From an uncultured Chloroflexia bacterium (lineage in GTDB: Bacteria; Chloroflexota; Limnocylindria; Limnocylindrales; CSP1-4), in the NCBI GenBank assembly GCA_963842755.1, contig CAWJIC010000008.1, forward strand, positions 240 through 64,239: a stretch of 64,000 bases of DNA, in the 5' to 3' direction. The notes under the pieces were generated by a model. That model ran no database searches. It had not been told where the DNA came from and saw nothing but the letters and a program-made list of their open reading frames with translations. Within the stretch, counting starts at the first letter, position 1; every line of letters starts with the position of its first letter. A program made the translations under genes and the position numbers. This document shows positions 36,478 through 45,717 of this stretch, one piece after another.

Positions 36478-36478
36478 A

Positions 36479-39005
36479 ACCACCGCCTGCGGAACCTCCA
36501 GCGCCCCTCCTTCCCGAGCACCTCCCTCCGAGCCAAACGGAAGCCGCGTCGGTGACTCTCGATGCGGTCGAGGGGATCCGCGCCGTCAACCGCCTCGCGG
36601 CCGACCAAACGCTCCGGTTCGCCTCTCGCGGTCTCACGGTTGTCTACGGCGACAACGGAAGCGGAAAGAGCGGCTACGTGCGCCTCCTGAAGCGGCTGTG
36701 TCGAGTCCGAACGGGCGCCGCTGAGAACCTGCTCGGCGACGTGTTTGCGCCGCCGGCAACAAATGCCCGCGCAACAGTCCGCTTCACGGTTGCAGACGGA
36801 ACGTCTCGCACCGTGCCCTGGGAAGAGGGAACTCCCGCTCCGATCGAGCTCTCCAAAATCTCCGTCTTCGACTCCCGTGCCATGGTTCTCTACGCGGACC
36901 AGCAAAATCAGCTTGAGTTCCTTCCGTACCACCTCGACGTCCTGCCTCGGGTGGCCACCGCCATGAGCAATCTCGCCACCAGCATTGACCAAGAGGTCGG
37001 AAGGTCCTTGGCGGGTCTCTCCGCGGACTGGTCCGCGGAGTGCCCGGCCACGTCGACCCAAGCCCTGCTCCTTCGCCTGAAGCCAGAGTCCACCGATCCC
37101 AACGGCCCGCCGTCGGAAGCCTCGTTGGTGGCTGCCGCGACTTGGTCAACGACGGACGAAGGCTCTCTTCAAATGGGCGAGCGCGCCCTGGCAGAGGGCG
37201 GGCCGGAGGTCGTGGCGCGCCGCCGGCGAGATGCCGAGCGCCTCCGGGCGTTCGTTCGGGACATCGAAGTTGTCGCCACGCGCCTGGATGAGCCCCAGCT
37301 CGAGATGGTCCGATCGACAGTCGAGCAGGCCCGCGCAGCACGCGCCGCTGCGACCCTCGCCGCCGATCAGGGGTTCGTGGACGAGCCGCTGGACGCAGTC
37401 GGTTCCGATCCGTGGCGCTTGATGTTTCAGTACGCGCGCCAGTACAGCGCACTCGCCTACCCCGGGCAGCCGTTCCCTGTTGTTTCAGCAGGCAGTCGAT
37501 GTCCGCTCTGCCAACAGGTGCTTGACGCGGAGGCGCGAGATCGTCTCGCGCGATTCGCTGAGTTTGTGCAGGCTGCGACCGCCGCAGCTGCAGACGAACG
37601 CGAGGCTGCGGTTGCCGCCCTCGCGACCGAGCACGGTTCGCTGGTTGTGCCGGGCTTCGAGCGGATTGAGCAAGTCGTGGCCGACACGGCTGGGGCAGAC
37701 ACGGCACCCGACGCGATGCTGACAACGACGGCGGCCTACCTGCGCCAACTCGCGGCGCGACATGAGGTGGTCAGTGCTCGATTCGTGGCGATACCGTGGC
37801 AGCGCTGCCACCGTTGCCGTCCTCGTCGGTTGGGGAGTTGACGGCGCGCGCCGCGGCGCTGGAGGCCGAAGCCAACGCGATCGCTGAAGTTGCGGACCCT
37901 GCCCGACGCGCCGCTCTCGAGGCCAACGTGCGGGAGCTCCGGGCGCGCAGACTGCTGCATGAGCGGCTGGCGGACGCCCTCGCGCGACGAGAGAAGGTCG
38001 TTCGAGTGCGCGCCCTCCGCGCTGCGCGTCGGGCTTGTGACACGAGCCCAGTTTCGCGAGCGGCCACCGAGCTACGCCGGCAATTCATCACCGCGGACTA
38101 TGCCGCGCGACTGCGCCGCGAGCTTGACACCCTCGGGCTTGACTACCTCCCCTTCAAGGTCGTCGATCAGACGGATCACGGGGTCTCCTACGTCCGGATC
38201 GTCTTGGATGCTCCCGCCGCGCCGAGAAACCGAGAGGTGCTAAGTGACGGGGAATACAGGGCGCTCGCTCTCGCATGCTTTCTCGCCGAGATCGGGGACG
38301 TGCCGCCCACAGCGGCATCGTCGTTGATGACCCTGTCTCCTCGCTGGATCACTCCAGAGCCGAGCGCGTCGCAGAACGCTTGACCGTGGAGGCCGCGAGC
38401 GGTCGGCAAGTGATCGTTTTCACCCATGACCTGGTCTTCTATCAAGCCCTCCGTTCAACCGCAGCCAAGGCGGGTGTTCCAATGGCCTACCACTGGCTCC
38501 GGCGGGCAGGAAGCGGTCAAGCGGGAGTCGTCTCGGATAGCGAACGACCGTGGCAATTGAAGCGCGTCCGCGAGCGCATTGGTGCCTTGCGTCCGCAGCT
38601 CGCCGCCTTGAAACGGACCCCCGACCAAGGCAGCGACGAGTATCGGATCTTGGCCACCGGCTTCTATGCCGGCTTGCGCGAGACCTGGGAGCGTCTCGTT
38701 GAGGAGCTGCTCTTCAACGAGGTGATAGGCCGGTTCCAGCTCGGCGTAACGACACTCCAGCACTGCGCGGTGCGGCCGTCGAGGACGGCGACCACGCCAA
38801 GGTGTTCTTCGCCATGGACAGGGCGTCCACCTTCTCAGGGCACGATCAAGCCATTGGACGACAGGCTGGAGTCCCGACGCCAGCGGAAGCTGAACGCGAC
38901 CTCGACGAGATCGAGGCGTATTCCGACGAGCTCCGTGCCCGTGTGACGGCTCTGGCAACACGACGGAAGGCCCTCGAGACCCCAGCCGCGCCCGAATTCG
39001 CCTAG
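36479..39005 (+). pseudogene. AAA_13-type (RloC/PrrC-like P-loop) ATPase, 3' piece with three frameshifts
   Basis: Walker A reads LTVVYGDNGSGKSGYVRLLK, followed by long coiled-coil-like Ala/Arg/Glu stretches. Next come LSDGEYRALALACFLAEIG and IVVDDPVSSLDHSR (Walker B/D-loop), then VIVFTHD. Frame changes lie near 37780, 38290 and 38790. The gene ends at 39005. Confidence 0.7.
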
Positions 39006-39147
39006 GGAAGACCCGGGTGGCACTTGCGGTTCCCTTGTCCCTGGACCCATCGCCCTTGCAATAGTCGCGATGGACCGACATTCGGCCGCTCTTGTCTGCG
39101 CGAGCCGCCCGGGCCAGTCTGGCCCGCGGAGTGGCGGTGGCGGGTAG

Positions 39148-39231
39148 ATGAGTTTCCGTTTCCTCCACACTGGAGACCTACATCTCGACAGCCCGTTCAA
39201 CAGTCGGGCTCACGACCGAAGCTGGGGATAA
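39148..39231 (+). pseudogene. N-terminal 27-codon stub of an SbcD/YhaO-like metallophosphoesterase
   Basis: MSFRFLHTGDLHLDSPFNS is calcineurin-like phosphoesterase motif I, followed by a stop after 27 codons. Confidence 0.4.
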
Positions 39232-39250
39232 CCTCGGCTGATTGCGGACG

Positions 39251-39430
39251 TCAGAGGGTGAGGAGTTGGGTGAAGTCGACCTCCGGCATGATCTTGATCT
39301 GCTGTCCGCGCTCGCGCAGGTCTCGGGCCTTTCGAGCCTTGGCAGAGAGGTCCTCGCCGGGCCGCAGTTTCCGCGCGTCCTGGTACCCGATGACGAGCAC
39401 GTTCGTCCCAAGGAGGCGCCGGGCTTCAAT
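39251..39430 (-). pseudogene. C-terminal stub resembling a BRCT-like domain
   Basis: LLGTNVLVIGYQDARKLRPGEDLSAKARKARDLRERGQQIKIMPEVDFTQLLTL. The minus frame has the higher GC3 here (about 85% against 71% for the plus frame). Confidence 0.35.
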
Positions 39431-39481
39431 GCCTTCCAGCGACTGGCGGAGGGCGACCGCCTCTGGCGCGCGGCGACCGGC

Positions 39482-39718
39482 CGCGGCTACGGCGACTTCC
39501 TTGACCCGAAGGAAATCGCGGAGCTCGGGCGCTTCTTTCAGCAGCGCCACATCCTCGTCCACGACCAAGGGATCGTCGACCAGCTCTACCTCGACCGATC
39601 GGGCGACACGACGTACCGCCTCGGCCAACGCCTCGTCACGAAGCCGGCGGCAAGCCGGCGCGCAGCAGATCTTGTCGAGAAACTCGCGCGCGGGATCGGC
39701 TCTGCCAGCCCCTAGGGT
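39482..39718 (+). pseudogene. C-terminal stub with an Rx4H (HEPN-like) motif
   Basis: FLDPKEIAELGRFFQQRHILVHDQGIVDQLYLDRSGDTTYRLGQRLV. The plus frame has very high GC3 here. R is at 39545-39547 and H at 39560-39562. No start codon is available. Confidence 0.35.
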
Positions 39719-39830
39719 CGTGGCATCGCGGAGCGCCAACGTTCGGCGATGTCGCTCTTGTCGCGATCTAGGACCGAAGATGGTTTGAGCCGACACGCCC
39801 CGGATCGTGCGGACGGGCATACTCGCCGAC

Positions 39831-41213
39831 ATGGCGAGTCAGCCGAGCATCCGAGTCGTACGCAAGGGCCTGTCGAAGCGACTGCGCTTCGAGATTTTCA
39901 AGCGCGACAAGTTCACCTGCGTCTACTGCGGACGCACGCCGCCGCTCGTTGTGCTCGAAGTCGACCACATGGATCCGGTGGCCGGCGGTGGTGGCGACGA
40001 GCCTTCGAATCTCTTCACGGCCTGCCACGACTGCAATGCCGGGAAGTCAGACCGCCCGCTCGGCGAGGCGTTGCCCCAGGTTCGGCCCGAGGACACCGCG
40101 CTTCTCCAAGAGAAAGTCGAGCAGATGCGCGCGTTCCGCGAGTGGCGCGCCCAGTACGACAAGGAGCTGCGGCTCGAACTCAACGAGGTCTGGCAGGCGT
40201 GGATCGATGCCTTCGGCGGGGAACTCGTCGACGGAACCTACCACTCCGGTCGCGTCAACTTCCCATCTGACAAGGCCGTGCTCGGCTACCTCGAAGAGAT
40301 CTCTATCGCCGAGGTCGCCGACGCCGTGAATGTAGCCGCCTGGAAGCAGCGCAAGGAGGGCCTGTATACCGCCGAGGTCGTCCGCTACTTCTACGGCGTC
40401 CTTCGCGGGAAGGCCCGTCGGTCGGACGAGGAGCGGCGGCAGATCAAGGTCACCTGGGACGAGCTCGCGGAGCAGCTTCCCGAGCTTGCCAAGGTCCGAA
40501 GCGACGTCGCTGGGTTCGATCCCACGGACCAGTGGAACTTCTGCGGCAGCCGCATCTGGACGGGCGGCTGGACGATCCAATTCGAGGACGGGACGAACCA
40601 ATCCGTCGCTTCCCCGGTCGCTCGGATCGCTGGGCTGGTCGGGCCGAAGAGCGAGAACAGCCGTGACCCGATCCTCGGGTCACAGACAGCGCACGACCTC
40701 GCGGTCCGGACGATCAAGTTCGACCTGCCGGCATGCGGGCAGACCTGCGAGTGCGGTCGGCCGAAACGCGCGCCGCGGGACGAGGACTACCCGCGCTGCG
40801 CGCGTTGTGGTCAGGTGACGGCCCCCGTCGACTGGCGCGAAAGCTGCGTCCCCACCGGGTGGGTCTGGCAGGGCCAGGACTTCGAGGAGGTGCCGTACGG
40901 CTCCGAGCCGTGGCTGTCGCTCTGTCAGATCGCCGAGAACTATGGCCGGTACCGCCGCCTCGCGACGCCCACGCTCACGCGGCCGCGGGAGCTCTGCGTC
41001 GGCTGTCGAACGCCGATTGGCGGCTTCCACCATCCGGCCTGCGGACAGGCTGCCTGTGTCGTCTGCTGGGAACAGCAGGGGTCAGGCTGCGCTCAGCGGT
41101 CGCACCGGGCGAAGACGTGGGAGATCAGCGGGAAGCAGGCCATGGCCCGCCTCCGGCAGATGAAGCCGCGGTTGACCACGGCCGCACCTGAAGACCGTCG
41201 GTCGTCAACATGA
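39831..41213 (+). CDS. HNH endonuclease with a long Cys-rich C-terminal extension
   Basis: The HNH core reads FEIFKRDKFTCVYCGRTPPLVVLEVDHMDPVAGGGGDEPSNLFTACHDCNAGKSDR. The C-terminal ~150 aa carries several CxxC pairs. Confidence 0.8.
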   Translation: MASQPSIRVVRKGLSKRLRFEIFKRDKFTCVYCGRTPPLVVLEVDHMDPVAGGGGDEPSNLFTACHDCNAGKSDRPLGEALPQVRPEDTALLQEKVEQMRAFREWRAQYDKELRLELNEVWQAWIDAFGGELVDGTYHSGRVNFPSDKAVLGYLEEISIAEVADAVNVAAWKQRKEGLYTAEVVRYFYGVLRGKARRSDEERRQIKVTWDELAEQLPELAKVRSDVAGFDPTDQWNFCGSRIWTGGWTIQFEDGTNQSVASPVARIAGLVGPKSENSRDPILGSQTAHDLAVRTIKFDLPACGQTCECGRPKRAPRDEDYPRCARCGQVTAPVDWRESCVPTGWVWQGQDFEEVPYGSEPWLSLCQIAENYGRYRRLATPTLTRPRELCVGCRTPIGGFHHPACGQAACVVCWEQQGSGCAQRSHRAKTWEISGKQAMARLRQMKPRLTTAAPEDRRSST

Positions 41214-41548
41214 GCGACCCGAACGAAGAACACGAGCCGACGCCGGAGGAGGAAGCCCGCCGGATCATCGAGATCCTCGCTGACGTCGACGCCGACCGCG
41301 CTCGCATCGAGCAAGTCGCCCTCGGCTCGCTCGTGGCGGGCTCGAATGCCGCCGTCGACGGCGGACGCACGAATGGATGGCCTCGGCCTCGGCCAGCTTC
41401 TCGGTGTGGTCGCTCCCGGCGACCCAACGTTCCCACTGGGTCGTGTGAGCTCGTCTTTCACGCGCCAGCGATGTCGATGCCCTCCGTCACTGCGGGTTCG
41501 GTCCGTTGGGCCGGACCCTCCCGCTTACTGAATAGACGTGGGTACCTC

Positions 41549-41749
41549 ATGTCAACGCTTGACGTACCGCGGCCGTGCCGCTCACGAGCTTGGCTGGAAG
41601 ATGCAACGTTGGGATGCCGTCGATGTCGTTTGGTCGTAGGCCGTCGTTCGCCAGTCCAGCGCTACTGCCCCGAGTGCGCCACCATCCTGGCTCGGGAACG
41701 CAGTCGGATCATCGTCAAGCGTCGTAGACGTCAGGCGCACGATCAGTAG
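41549..41749 (+). CDS. Small zinc-ribbon-like protein (66 aa)
   Basis: CRRC..(15)..CPEC pattern with a basic tail. GC3 is lower than in neighbouring genes. Confidence 0.35.
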   Translation: MSTLDVPRPCRSRAWLEDATLGCRRCRLVVGRRSPVQRYCPECATILARERSRIIVKRRRRQAHDQ

Positions 41750-41830
41750 ATTGGCGCTCGCTCCTTGAACCATCCGTCGGCCGCTTCAGGCTGCGGAACC
41801 GTTCCATCGCCCGGGCCGCCCCGGTGGTGT

Positions 41831-42174
41831 TCAATCGGCACGTCGCCATCTTGGTCGTGGTCCCCCGTATTGCTCGGCGATCACATCGGCGGTCAACCCG
41901 CGGGCGGCCGCGTGGAGACCTACCGCACGAGGCAGTAGGAGGCAACCACCAAGCCAGTTGGCCTCATCCTCTTGGTCCGTGCTGCCGGCGTAGAACATGT
42001 AGTCGCCCACCCGCTCGGGTACCCGCATCTGATGGCGGAGCACCAGATGATTCTTGAGCATGTCGTGGACGCGTCAGTCGTTGAGACCAACTCGCCTGCG
42101 ACCTCCTCGATGGAACGGGCTCCGGCCGCGTACCGCTCAAAGATCAGAACGGCGACACCGATCTTGTGCGGCAA
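41831..42174 (-). pseudogene. ImmA/IrrE-like metallopeptidase remnant (frameshifted)
   Basis: ..EDEANWLGGCLLLPR.. resembles the ImmA/IrrE C-terminal motif. Two overlapping frames are needed to read it. Confidence 0.4.
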
Positions 42175-42243
42175 GAAGATGACGCGATGGCCGATGCCTT
42201 GGGGGCCGACGACCCGGCGCCCAGCGCAGCATCCCAGGAGATA

Positions 42244-42687
42244 TCACTCACTTCCGGACACGTCGCCGGCAGCCCGCGGCCAAGGGTCCACGTTGCCCGT
42301 GGAGGTCGTTGGCTCCAGGCCCGCGGCGCCGACCACGTCGCACCACGCCTCGAATCCTGCCTGGAATGCGACGATCCCTGCCTCGGGTAGCGCGATCTCA
42401 ATGGCCTCGAGGATCTCCTCCGGCGTCACGCCGAGATCGAGCGCCACCCGGATGTGACCCGCAATCTGGGCCCTGGAAGCCCGCATGACCGTCAGGCTGA
42501 GGATGAACAGCAGCTCCTTCGTCTGGCGCGGAAGGCGGCGCTCCGCCAGGTACGCGGCGGCCACGAGCCCGTCCGCAGCACGCAGCACGTCGAAGTCGTG
42601 CATGACCATGATCTTGTGGTAGTCGAGGACGTAGCCTCGCCGGCGCACCATCTCGTCGAGGTACGCCTGCCGCTCATCATCCGCCAT
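42244..42687 (-). CDS. Carboxymuconolactone decarboxylase (AhpD-like) family protein
   Basis: MADDERQAYLDEMVRRRGYVLDYHKIMVMHDFDVL..TKELLFILSLTV..EEILEAIEIA. Confidence 0.75.
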   Translation of the reverse strand: MADDERQAYLDEMVRRRGYVLDYHKIMVMHDFDVLRAADGLVAAAYLAERRLPRQTKELLFILSLTVMRASRAQIAGHIRVALDLGVTPEEILEAIEIALPEAGIVAFQAGFEAWCDVVGAAGLEPTTSTGNVDPWPRAAGDVSGSE

Positions 42688-42736
42688 GGTGCGCCTCCGC
42701 CGTGCGTGTAACGGGCCTCGGCAGTCGGCCCGCCGA

Positions 42737-45157
42737 TCAGACTCGGGGAAGCCGGTCGCCGACCCCCACGGGAGCGCCCCGACGCAGCTCCCGCAGGATC
42801 GCCTCAGGGTCGAGGAAACTGTCGGTGATGTGCCCGCCGAATTGCGCCAACGCGTCATCGACCGCGTTCACGGCGGCGATCAGCGGGGAGCCACCGCCCT
42901 CGCCGCCGCCGCGGGTGCCGAGCGGCGTCGCAGTCGAGGGGGTCTCCTGGTACTCGACGTCGAAGTCCGGCATGTCAGCGGCCGTCGGCGCCCAGTAGTC
43001 CTTGAAGCTCGCAGCCAGCAGCTGCCCCTCCTCGTCATAGTGGAGGTGCTCGTACAGCGCAGCGCCGAGCTGGTGCCCGATCTGCCCATGGATCTGGCCC
43101 TCGACGATCAGCGGGTTGATCCGGCGGCCGAAGTCATCGAGGCCGACGAACTTCAGCACCTTGACGGTACCAGTCTCCGGGTCGACCTCGACGAGGGCGA
43201 TCGCGATCCCGTACGAGTAGGTGAACGAGAAGTTGCCGCGCTTGTCCGACAGCGGCATGTCAAACGTCGGCCGGTAGACGTACTGTGTCACGAGGCCGGC
43301 CTCCACATCCTCCGGGAGGCGCGCCAGGTCACGCCACGCCACGTGGGCGATCTCGGCCAGGGTGAACCCGCGGTCCGTGCCGCGGACCTGGGCCCGGCCG
43401 TCGATCAGCTCGATATCCTCCTCTTGCGCCTCCAAGAGATGGGCCGCGATCCTGCAAATCTTCGCCCGCAGCTGCCGACCGGCCCCGATCACAGCGCCAG
43501 CCCCGACGATCGCGAAGCGACTCGCGTAGGTCCCGGAGAAGGCGGAATGGGCGTGCGTTGCAGAGTCGAATCCGGACAGGACGTGGACGTCGTCCGGGGT
43601 CACGCCTAGTTCGTCGGCGACCAACTGGGCCACGGTCGTCTCCTGCCCCTGGCCCTGCGGCACGGACCCGGTTGTCGCCGTGATCCCGCCGAACTCGTCG
43701 ATCCGAATCGAGGCAGCCTCGCTGTCCCCCGACGTCTGAAGACTTGGGTTGATCACACGAATTAGGGACGCATTGATGGGACAGCCGTCCATGCCCATCG
43801 CCACGCCCACGCCGAGCAATCGACCCTGCTTGCGCGCCTCCACGCGGGACCGCCCAACCGCCTCATAGTCGATCATCTCCATCGCGCGGCGGAGCATCCG
43901 CGGGTAGTCGCCGCCATCGAGCCGACAACCGCTCGGGTTTTCGTACGGCATCTGTTCCGGTTGAACGAAGTTCCGGAAGCGGATCTCAGCTTGGTCCAGC
44001 CCGAGCGCACGCGCTCCCTTGTCGAGCAGGCGCTCGATGAGATAGCAATGCTGCATCTTCCCGTAGGAGCGGTTCGGCCCGACCGCACTCTTGTTGGTCA
44101 GGACGGCGTAGATGTCCATCTCGAGATTGCTGAACCGGTAGCCGACCGTCGAATGGCGAATGAAGTTGATCGCTCCGATCGGCTCGCGGCGCATGTAGGC
44201 GCCCTCGTCGTGAAGCGCCCGGGCCCGCACACCGAGGATCGTGCCGTCGCTCGCGAGCGCCATTTCGCCGTCGTAAAGGACCTCCTGCCCGTGGGTGCTC
44301 GCCATCATGTGCTCACGGCGAGTCTCGACCCACTTCACGGGACGTCCCGCCTTTCGCGCGAGGAGGACCAGCGCGACCAGGTACAGGTAGCTGTTGTTCT
44401 TGATGCCGAACCCTCCGCCGATATCGGGGCAGATGAAGCGCAGATTCTCGCTCGGCATCCGGAGCGGCTTTGCTATGAATGGCAAGTTGAGTATTGGCCG
44501 CTGGTTGTTACTCCAGATCGTGGCCGTGTCGGCGCCCGCGTCGTACTGGGCGATGACGACCGTCGTCTCGAGAGGGGCCGACGAAAACCGGTGCCAGTGC
44601 AGCCGGTCCTTGACGATCACCGCGGCATCACGGAACGCCCCATCCACGTCGCCATACGTGAACGTGTCGTGCCAGACGACGTTCGACGGCAAATTCTCGT
44701 GAACGACCGGTGCATCCGGCGCCATTGCGTGCTCGACGTCGGACACGGGCGGCAGTGGCTCATACTCGACTTCGATCGCCTCGGCCGCGTCCGCCGCGAG
44801 GTAGGGGTCCGTGGCGACGACCGCTGCAACGGCCTCGCCGGCGTGCCTCGCGGTCCCGACCGCGAGGCAGTAGTCCCGCAGTTGGTCGTAGGGTGCCTGG
44901 AGGACCTGCTGGGCCGGGTCGGTGAGCTCGCGGACCTCCTCGCCGCTCAGGACGGTGACGACACCCGGCATCGCAAGGGCGCGCTCGGCGTCGATCCGGA
45001 CGATCTTCGCGTGAGCATACGGCGACCGCACGAACGCCGCGTGCAGCATGCCAGGCAGGCTGATGTCGCCGGCATATCGGCCCTGGCCGGTCAGGAAGCG
45101 GCGGTCTTCCTTGCGCAGGACGGGCTGGCCGAACCATTTCTGCCGGGTGGTCGTCAT
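42737..45157 (-). CDS. Molybdopterin-binding large subunit of a xanthine-dehydrogenase-family hydroxylase (copy A)
   Basis: MTTTRQKWFGQPVLRKEDRRFLTGQGRYAGD.. at the N-terminus. It is colinear with copy B throughout. The active-site-loop region reads GPNRSYGKMQ. Confidence 0.85.
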   Translation of the reverse strand: MTTTRQKWFGQPVLRKEDRRFLTGQGRYAGDISLPGMLHAAFVRSPYAHAKIVRIDAERALAMPGVVTVLSGEEVRELTDPAQQVLQAPYDQLRDYCLAVGTARHAGEAVAAVVATDPYLAADAAEAIEVEYEPLPPVSDVEHAMAPDAPVVHENLPSNVVWHDTFTYGDVDGAFRDAAVIVKDRLHWHRFSSAPLETTVVIAQYDAGADTATIWSNNQRPILNLPFIAKPLRMPSENLRFICPDIGGGFGIKNNSYLYLVALVLLARKAGRPVKWVETRREHMMASTHGQEVLYDGEMALASDGTILGVRARALHDEGAYMRREPIGAINFIRHSTVGYRFSNLEMDIYAVLTNKSAVGPNRSYGKMQHCYLIERLLDKGARALGLDQAEIRFRNFVQPEQMPYENPSGCRLDGGDYPRMLRRAMEMIDYEAVGRSRVEARKQGRLLGVGVAMGMDGCPINASLIRVINPSLQTSGDSEAASIRIDEFGGITATTGSVPQGQGQETTVAQLVADELGVTPDDVHVLSGFDSATHAHSAFSGTYASRFAIVGAGAVIGAGRQLRAKICRIAAHLLEAQEEDIELIDGRAQVRGTDRGFTLAEIAHVAWRDLARLPEDVEAGLVTQYVYRPTFDMPLSDKRGNFSFTYSYGIAIALVEVDPETGTVKVLKFVGLDDFGRRINPLIVEGQIHGQIGHQLGAALYEHLHYDEEGQLLAASFKDYWAPTAADMPDFDVEYQETPSTATPLGTRGGGEGGGSPLIAAVNAVDDALAQFGGHITDSFLDPEAILRELRRGAPVGVGDRLPRV

Positions 45158-45202
45158 TGTCGCCTCCGTAAATCGCCGATCCATCGTGGTTTCGTTAGCC
45201 TC

Positions 45203-45670
45203 TTACATGGCCTCGGCCGCAGCCTCGATCGAGGTCACGATGTTCTGATAGCCGGTGCAGCGACAGAGGTTGCCGGCGATCCCGCGACGAATCTCGGTGC
45301 GGCTCGGGGACGGATTGCGCCGAAGAAGCTCGAGGGCGGACATGACCATGCCCGGCGTGCAGTAGCCGCACTGCAGCCCGTGGTGCTCATGGAAGGCCTG
45401 CTGGACCGGGTGGAGCTGGCCGTCGGTCGCGACGTCCTCGATCGTCCGGATCTCGTGGCCGGCCGCCTGGACGGCGAACATCGTGCACGACTTCACGGCC
45501 CGGCCGTCGACGTGGATCGTGCACGCTCCGCATGTCGTCGTGTCGCAGCCGATGTGGGTGCCGGTCAGGCCGGCCTCGGTCCGGATGAAGTCGACGAGCA
45601 GGAGACGCGGCTCCACGTCCGCCGTGTACTCGCGGCCGTTGATCCGCAGCGTCACCGGAAGCCTAGCCAT
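45203..45670 (-). CDS. [2Fe-2S]-binding small subunit (copy A)
   Basis: Cysteine ligand motifs [12 protein letters not shown] and CGYCTPG..CRCTGY are present. 155 aa. Confidence 0.9.
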   Translation of the reverse strand: MARLPVTLRINGREYTADVEPRLLLVDFIRTEAGLTGTHIGCDTTTCGACTIHVDGRAVKSCTMFAVQAAGHEIRTIEDVATDGQLHPVQQAFHEHHGLQCGYCTPGMVMSALELLRRNPSPSRTEIRRGIAGNLCRCTGYQNIVTSIEAAAEAM

Positions 45671-45717
45671 GGGTCACCTCTACCGTCTCGCCACCGGCGC
45701 GGCGCCGGGCCACCGCC
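45205..45717. repeat. 513-bp perfect direct repeat, copy 1
   Basis: Identical to 49656-50168 (offset 4451). Both ends were checked base by base and interior blocks were compared by eye. Confidence 0.9.

Larger units (their letters stand above)
33109..36478 (-). mobile_element. Recombinase-in-trio (RIT) element
   Basis: Three tandem tyrosine-recombinase genes overlap by 4 nt. They are bracketed by perfect 92-bp inverted repeats, with an adjoining 22-bp palindrome at the right end. Confidence 0.85.

Noticed and set aside
39024-39788. 254-aa plus-strand ORF spanning the stub region.
   Set aside because: Ser/Arg-rich low-complexity translation. It is out of frame with all three motif-bearing stubs.
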